From Harriotta raleighana (Eukaryota), in assembly GCA_050575255.1 (NCBI GenBank), contig JBNZDD010013726.1:62001-126000 (forward strand): DNA of 64,000 nt, read 5' to 3'. A model generated the notes under the pieces. The model saw nothing but the letters and a program-made list of their open reading frames with translations, was not told the DNA's origin and ran no database searches. Both the position numbers and the translations under genes were made by a program. Of this stretch, positions 1-12,750 are shown piece after piece (the first letter of the stretch is position 1; every line of letters begins with the position of its first letter).

Positions 1-777
1 ACAGGTTCTAAAGTATTTTTCTATCTTGCATAAGCTACCATTTGCAGAAAAGCGAGATTTCACATTTCACACAAAAGTGTTATCGCATTGTGCTTAGTGT
101 ATGTATTCTTCTCTGTATGTTACTTTGAGGTTTCTTGCATAGAGATGCAACTTCTTGAGTTATATGGCCACAGATAATTCTTATGCAAACCTGGGGGAGG
201 GGGAGGTCTTCAGGCACAACCTGAAAAAGGGGAAGGAAGGGGCAAGGCAGAGTGATAGAGGAAGGATGTTCCAGAGTTTCAAGGCTTAGTAGTGGCTGAA
301 AGGAGGGCATGCGCGAAGTGCAGAAAGCTGGACCCAGTCAAGCACAAGCAGGTTGTGGAATAAGCAGGTCAGAGAGGTGCCAGGGCTTAACTTGTCACTC
401 GCAGTACTGTCTGGAGGCTCTCCAGCTAGTATCACTCTGCCTGTTAAAGCTTTGACTTGCAGATTTAACAAGAGCTGAATGGAAAGAAACCTTGTCCCAT
501 GATCTATCCTAGACCGCAGTCTGATCAAACAATTTCTGTTGAATAAGCCTTGAAAACAGCTTGAATCTTAGACCACCAAGTGGTATGTCCTTCCATCATT
601 ATTATTTGCATCTATTTATTCCATCAAACTGATGGTGGAATAATCCTTCAAATAGTTGTGAGAGTACTTTCTAGGTTAGGGTGACAGCTGCTGGAAGATG
701 TTACCTGGAAATTCGGGTTTATGAACACATGATGTAGCAGCCTCATCACATCTTCTAGACATCTCAAAGCACTTTAG

Positions 778-1068
778 AGTCCTATAGCTCAATGGTTGGA
801 ACTCTTGCCTTACAAGCGAGAGATTTGTGGCAGGGTGAAACCTTGGGCAAATGTCCTCACTCCTAATAATAATCCTTCAAAAGAAAATAAATTGGTCATT
901 TCAATCGATGACTGTTTGTGGGACACTGCTCTGCGCAGTTGGCTGCTGCATTTCACCCACATATGTACATTCAACTCACTTTATAATATATTCTGTGAAG
1001 CGCTTAGCGACGTCTAGAAGTTGTGAAAAGACCTGTACCAAATGCAAGGATTATTATTATTATTATTA
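778..1068 (+). mobile_element. tRNA-derived SINE (DeuSINE/L2-tail type), near full length
   Basis: A-box-like TAGCTCAATGG head, central GTGGGACACTGCT..GCGCA.TTGGCTGC segment, GTGAAGCGCTT...AAATGCAAGGA end and (TTA)n tail; many related copies in the window. Confidence 0.8.
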
Positions 1069-1432
1069 TACTATAAAGTAAATTGAGTGAAATTTTGTGG
1101 GCGAAACACAGCAGCCAGTCGCGCACAGCAGTGTCCCACAGACAGTAATAATAATAATAATCCTTGCATTTGATATAACTCTTTTCTTATCAACGTCCCA
1201 AAGCGCATCACAGAATACACTGTAAAGTGAATTGACTGCATATTTGTGGGCGGAACGCGGCAGCCAGTGTCCCACAAACAGTCGTGGATTGAAATGACCA
1301 ATTTTTATTCTTGTGGTTGTTTTGGAAGGATTATTATTGGGCGCGTGGAGTGAGGAAACTTGCCCAAGGTTTCGCCCTGGATTCGAACCTTCACAGGTCT
1401 CATGCTTGTAAGGCATGTAAGGCGAGTGCTCT
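1069..1432 (-). mobile_element. Inverted SINE copies (partial 1069-1145, near full length 1146-1432)
   Basis: Reverse complement of the same SINE family, (TAA)n tail near 1146. Confidence 0.75.
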
Positions 1433-1436
1433 AGAT

Positions 1437-1531
1437 GGGGTGGGGGGGGTGGAGGGAGGGGAGGGGGGGGTGGAGGGAGGGGAGTGGGGGGCAGGGGGTG
1501 TGGTAGAAAGAGAGGGATGGGAGGGGAGGGG
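1437..1531 (+). repeat. G-rich low-complexity tract in FUT11 intron 1 (G-quadruplex potential)
   Basis: Repeated GGGGGGGTGGAGGGAGGGGA units. Confidence 0.7.
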
Positions 1532-1585
1532 TGACAGTAGTGATGTTTCGTCCTATCAGGCCGTAGGTTCGAACTGTTGACTCAC

Positions 1586-2335
1586 CTGAATGTGTTTCAT
1601 CAGTTCTTGGACGTATCTGTCTCTGTCCGACGCTACATCGCAGTGAGATTGCATGTAAAGCAGAGGCGCGTATCCCCGCCCCCTGAGCCTGCGCTTCTCC
1701 CCCATGGACACAGCGCCGTGTAACAGGTAACGGAGGCTGGGCAGCCACTGCAGGCTCAGAGGGTAGTCCGACTGCCTCTTGAAGGTGGCCGTGTAGTTGA
1801 ACAGACCGATGCCGGCCGAATGGGACAAGACGTAGTTGTTCATGGGCGACTCCTCGTGGAAGAGAGCCCAGGTCTGGTGGGGGAGGCGGGGCAGGGGGGC
1901 TTCATAGGCCCTGAAATCGGTGCCGTAGAATATCAGGGCCTTGGTCCTGCGGTAGGTCTGGACTCTCTTGCTCTTGGTGACCAGGCAGGAGCTGGAAGCG
2001 CAGTCTATCCTCTCGGTGTCGCCCGGGAAGTGTGGGAACAGCTGCTCGCCCCACCACAGCAGGATGGGCAGCTGCTTGTTGCTCCTGGTGTCGTTGTTGC
2101 CGGGTCCCCGGTAACTGCTGCTGGTCGCCACCGAGGCGAAGTGGAAGTCGGAGAGGGCGGAGGCCGGCTGGAGGGGGGGCTCCCAGTCCCAGTCCCCCCC
2201 AGGCTGGTGAGGCTGCCTCAGGCCCTGAGAGCGACACACGCAGACCAGCCACAGCCACCGCCACCACAGCAACCCCACAGCTCGGCTGGGACTGGGGAGC
2301 AACACACAGCCAACAACCCGGGGACACACAGACAT
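1586..2335 (-). CDS. FUT11: FUT11 (GT10 fucosyltransferase 11 / POFUT4) coding exon 1; rest of gene lies beyond the left edge
   Basis: Translation MSVCPRVVG...LPILLWW...LFPHFPGD...[13 protein letters not shown]...FNYTATF...[11 protein letters not shown]...[22 protein letters not shown]; donor CAG|GTGAG at 1586/1585; 750 nt, phase 0; adjacent to SEC24C as in other vertebrates; ATG choice is inferred. Confidence 0.93.
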
Positions 2336-2354
2336 CTCGCCACCCCCAGCCCAG

Positions 2355-2416
2355 CCACCCCCCACTGCAAACACTACACCACCCCCCACTGCAAACACTA
2401 CACCACCCCCCACTGC
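2355..2416. repeat. 24-bp tandem repeat (about 2.6 copies) just upstream of the FUT11 ATG
   Basis: CCACCCCCCACTGCAAACACTACA at 2355 and 2379, partial at 2403. Confidence 0.85.
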
Positions 2417-2539
2417 CTGCTCTCCCAGCCAAGCACAGTCTTTCTTTCCCAGTCAAAAAAATGGAAGGATAATTCACCCGCCTTTTGTTTTTGTTTTGGG
2501 GGGAAGAGAGGGGGAAACACACACACAAAGAAAACAAAG

Positions 2540-2720
2540 GTCTTCTCACTTTGAAAAGCGAATCCCCCGCTCTCTCAGGCTCTTAACACGTAGCAATTCG
2601 CACCTCCCCACCCCCCCTCATCCATCCATCCCAGCCCCTTGTCCAGCCAAAGGAAGCGGAAAGTAGTCAGCCTTAGCTAGCCCTGCCCTCCACAATCCCT
2701 CCCCCCCCTCCCCACTCACA
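2540..2720 (-). promoter_or_regulatory. Putative FUT11 promoter (GC-rich, ETS-like GGAAGCGGAA)
   Basis: End of the CpG-rich region upstream of the ATG; ETS-like motif near 2652; TSS not determinable. Confidence 0.4.
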
Positions 2721-4075
2721 CTGTTAATGCTTTGGGTACCACATTAGTAATCCTTGTATTTGCATTTGATCTACAGACTTAATGGAGTAATTGAAAGGGT
2801 GGGAAAGATGACAAGAAAACCCTGTAAATCTGAAATGAACACACACACACAAAATACAACAGAAATGCACAGCCACAAAAGTTGATTCAATATAATTTTT
2901 AATGAATGGTTATGGACATTTCTTATCCCTGGTTGTGTACCTGCACCCAAATCAAGATCCACATATTTAAGGTTGTTAAGGTAGCTACCTTGAATCGATC
3001 AATTTAATTTCTCCTTCAAATATGCACCACCAACTAATTTGGGAGTAACAGAAAAGGCAATAGCAATAATTCAATGTGACAGCAAAAGTCAAGGGTAAAG
3101 CGGTGATCTTGAACTATTAATCAACACTGAAATACAAAACTCTCCAGCAGATGTCCTTATTTCCATGTCTATATCACACTTGTCTTATATTTAGTCGTGC
3201 CAAGTTGCATTAATGTCATGGATAGTTCACTCCCAAAGAATCTATTCTATTTTAGTTTATAATGCTGAGTAGTTTTATATATAAACTTTGCCTCATATAG
3301 AATGTGCTGCCAAATAACAATATCACTTTCATTGCGAATATTAATACCTGGAAGAATATCAAAGAGACTAGTTCCACCAAAGTTTGTGGTACACATTATA
3401 CGGTTGGAATAAGGAGTGACTAAATCAGCTATTTTCATTGAGTAATATTGAATAAAAATTGTAGGGTACAAATGGAAAATTATACACAAGTAGCTATGTT
3501 GATCTGCTGTAACTATGTAACAAGTTGCCATGATCTGAAGTAACTTTTGTTCTTTCCAAAGGGAAGAATTTCATCTTAGTAAAGATTGCAATCAAAATGA
3601 AAAAAATCTAGAAATTGATTCTTTCCTAAGATTTCTTTCAAACATAATCAAATGGCCTTTAGCAACTGCCTTCAGACGATTATACAAAAATTGGAATTCA
3701 TTTACTGCTTATCCTCCCCGTGTGAAACATGCTATACAAATGTTATTCTGTTGTTGTATGGAGCTTTTGATGCTGAGGGGAATAGAATATGAGCAACATC
3801 TAGACAAGTTAATTGACTCTTTAATCTTAAAAGGAGGCATCTCCGAGGGATTCTTATAGAGGGGTATAAAATTTTAAATGTGATTGAGGAAAGCAAGCCC
3901 CCAAAAATACATTCAGCTGCATGGAGATAATCGAAAAAGAGGTCAATTGCAAAAGGCAATTTCAGGACAGGCACCAGGAAAGATTTATTTAGCAAAGGAA
4001 TAAACTGGAATAAATGGCGTATAAATGGATGAAGGGGCCTTCATCAGAACTATTTTTGTATTGTTGAGTCTATCT

Positions 4076-4704
4076 TTTTAAAAAATAATTTAAATAGGTA
4101 TTTAATCATCTTCAACTACCCTATTTTTAAAAAAAGCACTCAATAAATTTTGGTTTATACATTTGAAAATAATTCCTCCAACCTTATTTATTTATTTAGG
4201 ACTCCAGTGATTTGGTCCTTTTTGTTTTTCTCTTTTTGAAACAAGTTTCAGTTTTAATACATTAAACATTACATTTTGTTTACAATAATAAGACCCAGTT
4301 TCCCAATGTCAGCTGCGGTGCTGTGATTTACTGCGTACAACCCAACATACTCTCGTTTCAAAATGATCTGCTACAGCAGTTATTTTTTNCGTTTTAAAAA
4401 ATAATTTAAATAGGTATTTAATCATCTTCAACTGCCCTATTTTTAAAAAAAGCACTCAATAAATTTTGATTTATACATTTGAAAATAATTCCTCCAACCT
4501 TATTTATTTATTTAGGACTCCAGTGATTTGGTCCTTTTTGTTTTTCTCTTTTTGAAACAAGTTTCAGTTTTAATACATTAAACATTACATTTTGTTTACA
4601 ATAATAAGACCCAGTTTCCCAATGTCAGCTGCGGTGCTGTGATTTACTGCGTACAACCCAACATACTCTCGTTTCAAAATGATCTGCTACAGCAGTTATT
4701 TTTT
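4076..4704. other. Direct duplication (offset 316) flanking single N at 4389; probable assembly/haplotype overlap
   Basis: 4076-4388 repeated at 4392-4704 with a few substitutions. Confidence 0.85.
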
Positions 4705-6145
4705 TTGGGTCAGTCGGGTGTCTTGACAAATGCAGAAACCCATCAACATGCTATAGAGTATCCAAACCAGATTGGGTTCCACATATGCCATTGACACATG
4801 GAAATTCTGTCTGGAATTGAATGCACCCTCTCTTCCTGGCCAGACTGATCCTGTTCCAGAGGATATTAGGTGTGAGAGTACTGTGGACCCACCTGGCTCA
4901 GAAACTGGACATTCGAGACCGCCAAAGAGAATTGACTTGATTCTGATGAACTTCGTTTTAACAAGTGTATGTTTAAATGAGTATTTTTGTTCACCATTTG
5001 AGTCTTCTGTGCCAAGATTTAACTGGCTTAATTTTACCCTAATCATCTCAAAATGCTTCCATATGTTAAGAGAGAAAGTGAGGCATAATTGTATGACAAC
5101 AGTAAAACAGTGCAAACAAAGTGGACAACTAACATACAACTCTACAGTTACCAAAAAATAAGCTAAAATTTAGGATAATTGCACATTTCTAAATTTACAA
5201 TTTTTTCGTGTTTTTATTGGGAACANCAACTCTACAGTTACCAAAAAATAAGCTTAAAATTTAGGATAAGTAATTGCACATTTCTAAATTTACAATTTTT
5301 TCGTGTTTTTATTGGGAACATATTCATTTCCAACTTTGCAGAATTAAGTGCATATTTTTCTTAGTTTTCTTTTGTTAAATACTTCAGCATAACATGCTGA
5401 CGTACTGAACTACCCATTAACCTAAAGCAGCTGCTGTTAATGTCTTATCCCCTCAAACATCTCCACTACTGTAACCTATTATGTGCATTACTGCAAGGAA
5501 GATTGTATATACAGACTTGTACCTGACTTCCTAATAAAGCAGCTAAGATCAGTAATGCTGTACGAACAATTGCAGGCATGTGTCTTGATTTCCTAGATCA
5601 CCAGCTGTTCAAATTTAGAATGATCAGGACAAAATGATGGAAAGCTTCAAAGCTAGGAAACTTCCTACTGATTACATCTTTGGTATTCAGGATCAAGAGC
5701 ATCTCTACACTTTCAAATCTCAGCCAGGCTGGTCAGCCAACAATGAATTGGATTATTGCAGAGTTGCTTGAATTTGTTACAATACACCCAAAGAGAGCTT
5801 TAAGGGTATGACCGCAGAGTTGGGCAGAGCATGATGTTCAATGATGTGTCAAATGGTTAATAGAGCCACAAAATTGGTCAACTTGTTATCTTACAATGAT
5901 ACTAATGTTTACATTTGATAAGAAGGGAGTTCCAAAGAGCATCAAAAAAACTGAGCATTTCTCCTTCCAAACCTAGATGATTGCTCTTGCTGAGATTAGA
6001 AGTCTAGGTTGTAGAGAATTTGAAAGCATAACACAATATTATAAGATTGTTGATGGATCTCAAGATACTTGGCAGTATTCATCTCAGCCATTAGTGAAAC
6101 ATCACTATCAGGTCAGACCTAATGAGACATTTGAAAAGAAATGTA

Positions 6146-6151
6146 TTTATT
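6146..6151 (-). terminator. Candidate SEC24C polyadenylation signal AATAAA
   Basis: TTTATT on + strand about 1.15 kb past the SEC24C stop codon. Confidence 0.4.
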
Positions 6152-7292
6152 GCATTAAAAATTAATGTCCCGTTTACAACAGCACATTGTCTTTTACAGC
6201 AGGCTGCAAAAATCAGCATCGAAATCCAATAAATAGGAACTGGAAGATACAAAGTTTATCGGCGAATGGGAGGGGCGGGAGAAAGAAGGAGAAGTGGGAG
6301 AAAAAGAGGAAGAAAAAAAAATCACCAGAAATGAAATGTGGATCACCACTGCCCACATCATTTATAATGGTTACAGTATTAGTAATGTATTCCTTCCTTA
6401 CGGATTGCCATTAAATTTCATCACATATTCTTGCAATTATAAGTACACAATCAAGACATGAGGCTAATACAAGGAAGGATTAAATTACAACATGCCTTCT
6501 TAGATTGAATGTGTTTAGTTGGCTAATGCTAAGGCTCTGTAAAGTAAGGTACGAGAGTCAGGTGAAATGGTCATCAGTGACTATGAACAGTGCAGTTTGA
6601 CATTTCCTTTACTACATGCTCCCTTCCCCAGTAGTATATTAAAATCTGAAACACAAAAATACTGACTCATCTGTAAGTAATTAAAAAACATTTCCAGTGC
6701 CCTTTCCTAAAAGTCATACTGCCCACCAAGAGTCTGCAAGGGAGTAAAGTAGATCAAGGAATTTAATCAACAGAAATCAAACATTCACACAAGTAAGGTG
6801 AATAGATTGAGGGTTAATTTCATTCACAAATCTAATCACATTTAAAGACCTAATTAACAGACTGAACAAAAAAGGCTGTTGTACAACATGAAATGATTAC
6901 TTTAGATGTATATAAAAATAATTTCCAGAAAGTCGAACCATGTTAGCAAAGCCACAAACTGGATTTTGTTCAATTTTTTTTTACTTGAAAGCTTGTGTAT
7001 TAGGGCTTTCCCTTTCATACATTCAAAACACACTCAGTGCATTCCTCTTCTCTCTTCCTCATACACAAAGAACACAGCAATACCAGTGTTGAAAAGATAG
7101 CTCTCATATAAGATTCTAAATCATATACATTATACTGTTCTATTAATTCCTTACATTACATCAGTATTAACAAGTTAGCCATGTGCTCATGTCACATCTG
7201 TGGCAGCTGTTGATAGACAGGACCTCCAAGTGACACTTTGAGAGTGCTGGGTCCCAACAGTGTGTTACAGTGAACAGCTCTGCTGATGTAAT

Positions 7293-7433
7293 TTAGCTGA
7301 GAAGCTGCCGGATCTCCTTGTGCATGTGGCACAGAAAGTCCACATACGACGCTCCACCATTTACGTTCTTATCCTCCATGAGAAAGTGTTTGAAGAGTAA
7401 CTCCATTTTGTCTTCTTGCTTCACTATCAGGAG
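7293..7433 (-). CDS. SEC24C: SEC24C exon 23 (last coding exon)
   Basis: LLIVKQEDKMELLFKHFLMEDKNVNGGASYVDFLCHMHKEIRQLLS*; acceptor ttcacag; SEC24C-type C-terminus. Confidence 0.95.
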   Translation of the reverse strand, partial: LLIVKQEDKMELLFKHFLMEDKNVNGGASYVDFLCHMHKEIRQLLS

Positions 7434-7634
7434 CTGTGAAAAAAATAGGGCTGAATCATCCAAATGTTCAAAATAATTACCAGCAATCTGTCAAACAATA
7501 CTGAAGAATCTTGAAATTCCATTAAACATCAAGTTGAAATCTTTACATATTGGATTTTCCTGTTACTGATTAGCTGAAGGGTTAACAGGACAATAACGAC
7601 TATAATGTTTTAATTGGTTGAATGAATACTCTAC

Positions 7635-7724
7635 CTTCATAAACCTGGGTCTTTGACCACGAATCATATCAACCATGGACCTTAGCTTTTTAGAATAAGG
7701 ATTATCTAGCATTGGCAGGGCATT
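7635..7724 (-). CDS. SEC24C: SEC24C exon 22
   Basis: NALPMLDNPYSKKLRSMVDMIRGQRPRFMK; AG/GT boundaries, 90 nt. Confidence 0.92.
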
Positions 7725-7960
7725 CTGTAAAATAAAATAAAATCATCAGATACTTAAATCATTGCAGTTAGACGTTAGTAAAACACACCCAAAACTATAA
7801 TAATTAGAGGATCATTGAAATAGCAGCATTAGTCTTAATTTGTTTTAGTTGAGGCGTACTGTAAGAGCAGATGCACACGGATGTAGTGTACTCTTAAGAA
7901 TTAGTTGAAGCATTGATAAAATGACAGTCACAAAAAGATTTGTTCTTGGTTTAAACCCAC

Positions 7961-8152
7961 CTGTCCAGAATCAATCTGACCAAACGACTGCACATTAAAG
8001 ATGCTTTGGATCAGATCATGCTGTGTGTTCATTCCCACCCACAGAAAGAGACTCAATCCATTCTCTAGTAGGTAGATGCCACCCTTTGATAAACGCTCTT
8101 CTGAACAACGAATGGCAACTGGATAGTCATCACTCTCAACATCCATCTTGTG
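7961..8152 (-). CDS. SEC24C: SEC24C exon 21 (gelsolin-like region)
   Basis: HKMDVESDDYPVAIRCSEERLSKGGIYLLENGLSLFLWVG...; 192 nt. Confidence 0.93.
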
Positions 8153-8661
8153 CTATAAAAGGAAACAAAAGAAAATAATTGAAAAAAGTGTCTTGACCAA
8201 ATAACTATTGTATTTTGAATCATTTGTTTTCGTAAATATAAAAACAGATTTCACTGTAATCTTCCTTTTCTTCCAAGTCCTATACATCCAAGATGCCATC
8301 TTATGTGAAGAGGACTTTATAAATTTCAAGTTTAATGCAAATTCACAATATTTCTGGGAAGATAGGAAACTAACATACAACTCTCCCGGCAGACCTTTCA
8401 GTAATTACAATGTTCAAGATTCACTTGTGCTAATAGATGAGAACNCCCAAAGAGAGCTTTCAGTAATTACAATGTTCAAGATTCACTTGTGCTAATAGAT
8501 GAGAACTCTTTAGTTTGTTTCACAACTGATCTGCACATTATTATGATAGTTCTAGACCAATTTTAGTAACGGTTCAAGCTGATTGTCACAGTTCAGGTCC
8601 AAAACAGACCTCCTGTATTTGAAAATGATAAATAAATGGTGGTTGTACACAAATTACTTAC

Positions 8662-8841
8662 CACTGGCAACAACCGTGGGTAGAAGAACACATTTGTTTC
8701 TGCTACATCCATGGATGTAACAAGCTGGCGAATATAGGCCCGATCATCAGTAGATACATCAGCTCCAGGTTGCAAGACGTCACTCTTCAGGACACAGTTC
8801 AGGTACACAGGCAGCAGCTTCATGCATTCCGGCAAGATCAA
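8662..8841 (-). CDS. SEC24C: SEC24C exon 20 (helical domain, LIL IxM-cargo site)
   Basis: [26 protein letters not shown]...FFYPRLLPV; 180 nt. Confidence 0.95.
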
Positions 8842-10034
8842 CTAAATACAAATTTAGAGAAATGTAGGTTTTAAAAGTGGTTTATTTCTAGGGAACTTTA
8901 CAAATATCTTATTATCAAGTTAACAATATGGTTAACCCGACAAGAAAAAAGAGAAATATGGGTAAGTCATTATTCATAAATACCTGGTACACCACGGAAA
9001 CAAGTTTTTTCCCCACAATATATCTGCTGATGAATAATGCATTTCAAATTCAAAAGTGACTTATAGAAAATTATAACGACAGAATATTTATTAAATATGT
9101 TTGATTGCAAATTAGTAGATATAAATAAGCAGATCTCGACTGCTTCTCCTAGATGTCAGTGTGTTCATTTCTATCATATGAAACTTGATCTATGCCTATG
9201 CAGCCTATTTTCCAAGAATAGAGCTGTTAAGTGTAGTTAGTCTTCATATTACATTCTGTCTCAATTACAAAATAATATTCGCTGTTGTGTTGTTGCTTTA
9301 AAGACAGCACAAACCAAAATCGTCTATGTACATCGCAAGATGATCATAAAAATAATAATTTTTAAGTGATTCAAAACAAAAATGGCACATTTAAATTCTG
9401 ATTTGTTTCTGTTATAATTTTGAAAACAGAATGCATTTGCTTTAAGCAGCAGACAAATATTTTGATTAAAATCACCAGTTTTTATAGATACTTCACTCAG
9501 TTGTACAACTGGAAAGCCTTGTGAAGGCTGCATTCTTAATCATCATTCCCAATATCACAAACAATTTAATCAATACTGTATGTCAATTGACAAAACAGTC
9601 CTGGTGAGCAGAAACACTTTCTACTTCCTTCTTAAAAAGTTCAGATAGAACAACTTGCTAATCAACATCAGTGTTAACCACTGCTTAACCACGACTAGAA
9701 ACACAAGATTAAAACACTATCCCAACCTCAAAGAAAAGCAAATATTTCAGGTCCAACAGATGTTCGATTCATGTTCTGTAAACATCTCCACTCAGAACTT
9801 TCTATTTCTGCATCCCAAACAGACAGCAATTTCCTAACCCAATGAGTGCTGCTAGTGTGCAATTGTCTGGAGTCAACTAGATTTTGCTCTGTTTGTTCAT
9901 CCTTACACAGCAGTCAAAGTTATTTACTGACACGCAGGTTGCATCTCAATTTCTCCAGCTAAAGTTGGATTTCACATAGCAGAAGGTGTATGTGTATAAC
10001 ATAAGTACATATGTAAAGAAAATGACTGTTTTAC

Positions 10035-10153
10035 CTGTCCAGCCGATGATGGACTTGCACAATTCTTGCGGTAGCATGACAGGATTTGAGCACTCTGGTT
10101 AATTAGGGTGTCGCGTACAGACTTTGTGGAATTGTTAAGCACACCACGGTATG
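10035..10153 (-). CDS. SEC24C: SEC24C exon 19
   Basis: (A)YRGVLNNSTKSVRDTLINQSAQILSCYRKNCASPSSAGQ; phase 1 to 0. Confidence 0.93.
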
Positions 10154-10676
10154 CTGCACACAAGAGAAAACTTGCATTAAACTAAGAAACAAAGTTACAA
10201 AACTCAAAAGTGCTAGGTATAATGGTTTATATTCAACGCCTTGGGATGTCCTGCTGACGAGAAAGGCGCTCTATAAATGTAATTTTGTTGTTGCTGTTAT
10301 GTTGCATCAATCCAGCTCAGTTGGTCACATTCCAAATCAAAATGTTGAGGGTTCAAGCCCCGTGTTAGGACTTTGTGCTTGCAATTCAAGTGATGTGAAA
10401 GGANTTTGTGATGTGAAAGGAGTTGTTATGAAACATAAGAGGCACATATGGAACCCAGAGATTAAATCATAGTTCTTAAAAGTTTTTTTGGGGTACTTTC
10501 CAGTTATATTGTGCCAGTGTGATCCTATTGTCCATTAGCATATTGGTGACAAGTCCCAATATTCTTTGCACTATCTCAACAATATAGTAAAACTAATTGA
10601 GCAGGCTTAATGTATTCTATACTTTAATGTTACCTTCTATAATTAATGCAAGATATAGGCTCTTGGAGCTTCTTAC

Positions 10677-10815
10677 CATATTTAGCAAAGTAGTTGATAA
10701 GTGTGTCAGTCTCACAGTTTCTGTACAGGTCAGCAAGCTGACTACAACAATTGAGGGATACATTGTGTATACGTAACCTTCTCTGTCCACTGCAACTAGT
10801 GTACAGCAAAGCACA
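10677..10815 (-). CDS. SEC24C: SEC24C exon 18
   Basis: [46 protein letters not shown]. Confidence 0.95.
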
Positions 10816-11839
10816 CTGGAAAATAAAAGAGGAAATCTTACAACAACATCCACATTCATCAAATTTACAAGTACAGATGTAGTTCATAGCTGAATTCAAT
10901 AGGTTACATCAAACTCTGCAGAAGTAATTTCTGTATGAATAGCAATGAACGGTTATAATTTAGTTAGAATTTACACAAATTCTACCAGATTCATAAAATT
11001 AAATGGATGCAGGTATGGTTGACTAGATTTATATGCTTGATTATCAGAATGTGTACGCTCTCTTAACTATCAGGGTTGTCTGACAATCTTTGCTGAAAAA
11101 ACATCTTCTCTGGTCACTAAAAGACAGTCTTGCGATGCCACTTGGTCAATATCCACACTTGGAAGTCAGTGGCTGTTTTGGTTTCATTAGCATTACATAA
11201 GACGTGCACCTTATACTTGCAGCAGATTTGTAAACAGCACTAGTGTAACTTCATCTTAAGACAGTCAAAGTGGAGGACACATTGCTGTTTGAATGCAAGG
11301 AGTGCCGAGGCCTCTGCTCTCTCACACAGACAGACAATGGAAGGAGTGATAGTAAGGTTAGGAACTTCTACTATTTTGATAGTAAAAGAAAGTTTCTTGT
11401 GTAAATATTTTGGAATGCTTTAATGACTGGAAGTAAACTCGGAGATTGCTTGCCATCTATTAAGGATATAATGCATAAAGCATGAGCAAAAATAGGAAAC
11501 TAATTGTTAATACTTCAAAAAAGCTTTATACAGTAGATCCCCATTATAATGGGGGGAGTCTATAGAATCCAAACCAGGTTTACAATGGGGCACAATCATT
11601 GATCAGTGCCTCCATCGCAACATCACCGATCAGAACCAGTTATGTCAATTCCCGGATGTGCAGAAAGCCAGGTTCATAAAGCACCAAAATTATAATGAAG
11701 CACTTTATAATATTAACAAGAATTTGTATTTATATATCTTACAGCGCCTTGGGACGTTCTCCTGACGTGAAAGTCGCTATACAAGCGTAATTTTGTTGTT
11801 GTTATTTATTGTTCATGATCACAATCTGAATAGTCTTAC

Positions 11840-11985
11840 CTGAAGTAGAGCTCCAGATTCTTCACTCAACTTGTCATCGTGTTTGAACTCTACAGTGATG
11901 GTTTTATCACAGTCTAATGCAGCTAATTCTACATCAGTTGTGTTACTCATGTAGAAAGAACCATAGAACTCAGTTGCTCTAATTC
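11840..11985 (-). CDS. SEC24C: SEC24C exon 17 (beta-sandwich)
   Basis: [49 protein letters not shown]. Confidence 0.94.
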
Positions 11986-12653
11986 CTGGAACAAAGCAAA
12001 AGATCTTGGGAAAAAATTGCCAAAGATAAAAGAGAATTCAGATTTTTTAAACATATATTCTACATACATATTTGGTAAATTCAATGGTGCTTTTGAGCAT
12101 TTGTTCAAGGAACACATCAGTTTAAAATAAGTTGGATATTTTATCACACTTGTGATTTATCACATTCCAACAGTTAAACATAATCTAGTGAGATTAAATA
12201 CTTTTTATTATGAACCCGTTGAATACACGTTTCCCATTAACTGTTTATTTTGCACATAATCTGGGTCATCTTTAAGCAGTGAAATCTTCACTTATGCAGC
12301 CACTACATAGGTGTGTTGTGTGTGTGGGGGGGGGGAGGGGGTGTGTCTCAAAGCATTTGACACTGCTAGCTGGGCACCTGAACTACGGGTGAGGAAAAAT
12401 GATCAAAATCATGGGCCTTGAACGAGGGAATTCAGTGAGTCAGAACTCTGGAGTGGAGTTCCAGAGCACAGGAGCAGAATTGCTGCCAATGTTGGAATAG
12501 ATGGGACAGGGCATATGAAGCCGGCTAGTGATAGTGGAAAGAAGGGAGCAGCCAAGTCGGTAGAGTTGAAAGTTGAAGAGTTGAAGCAGAAGCATAGAGG
12601 GATATTTGAAAATGAGAATCATGAACTAGTTAATGATTAAAAACACACGATAC

Positions 12654-12750
12654 CTGTGCTTGTGCGTACTCTCATCACAGAATCAAATCCTATAACTTTT
12701 TGAACATCCCTGTGTAAATCATTTAGGAATCGTTCACCATCCGTTTGTGC
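12654..12750 (-). CDS. SEC24C: SEC24C exon 16
   Basis: [32 protein letters not shown]; 97 nt. Confidence 0.93.

Noticed and set aside
1820-2554. Long antisense and alternative-frame ORFs over FUT11 exon 1 (244, 215, 146 aa)
   Set aside because: Expected stop-codon scarcity in GC-rich coding DNA; no recognisable domains
4696-5161. Overlapping 152-aa and 129-aa ORFs on opposite strands
   Set aside because: No recognisable protein; the region overlaps an old repeat remnant
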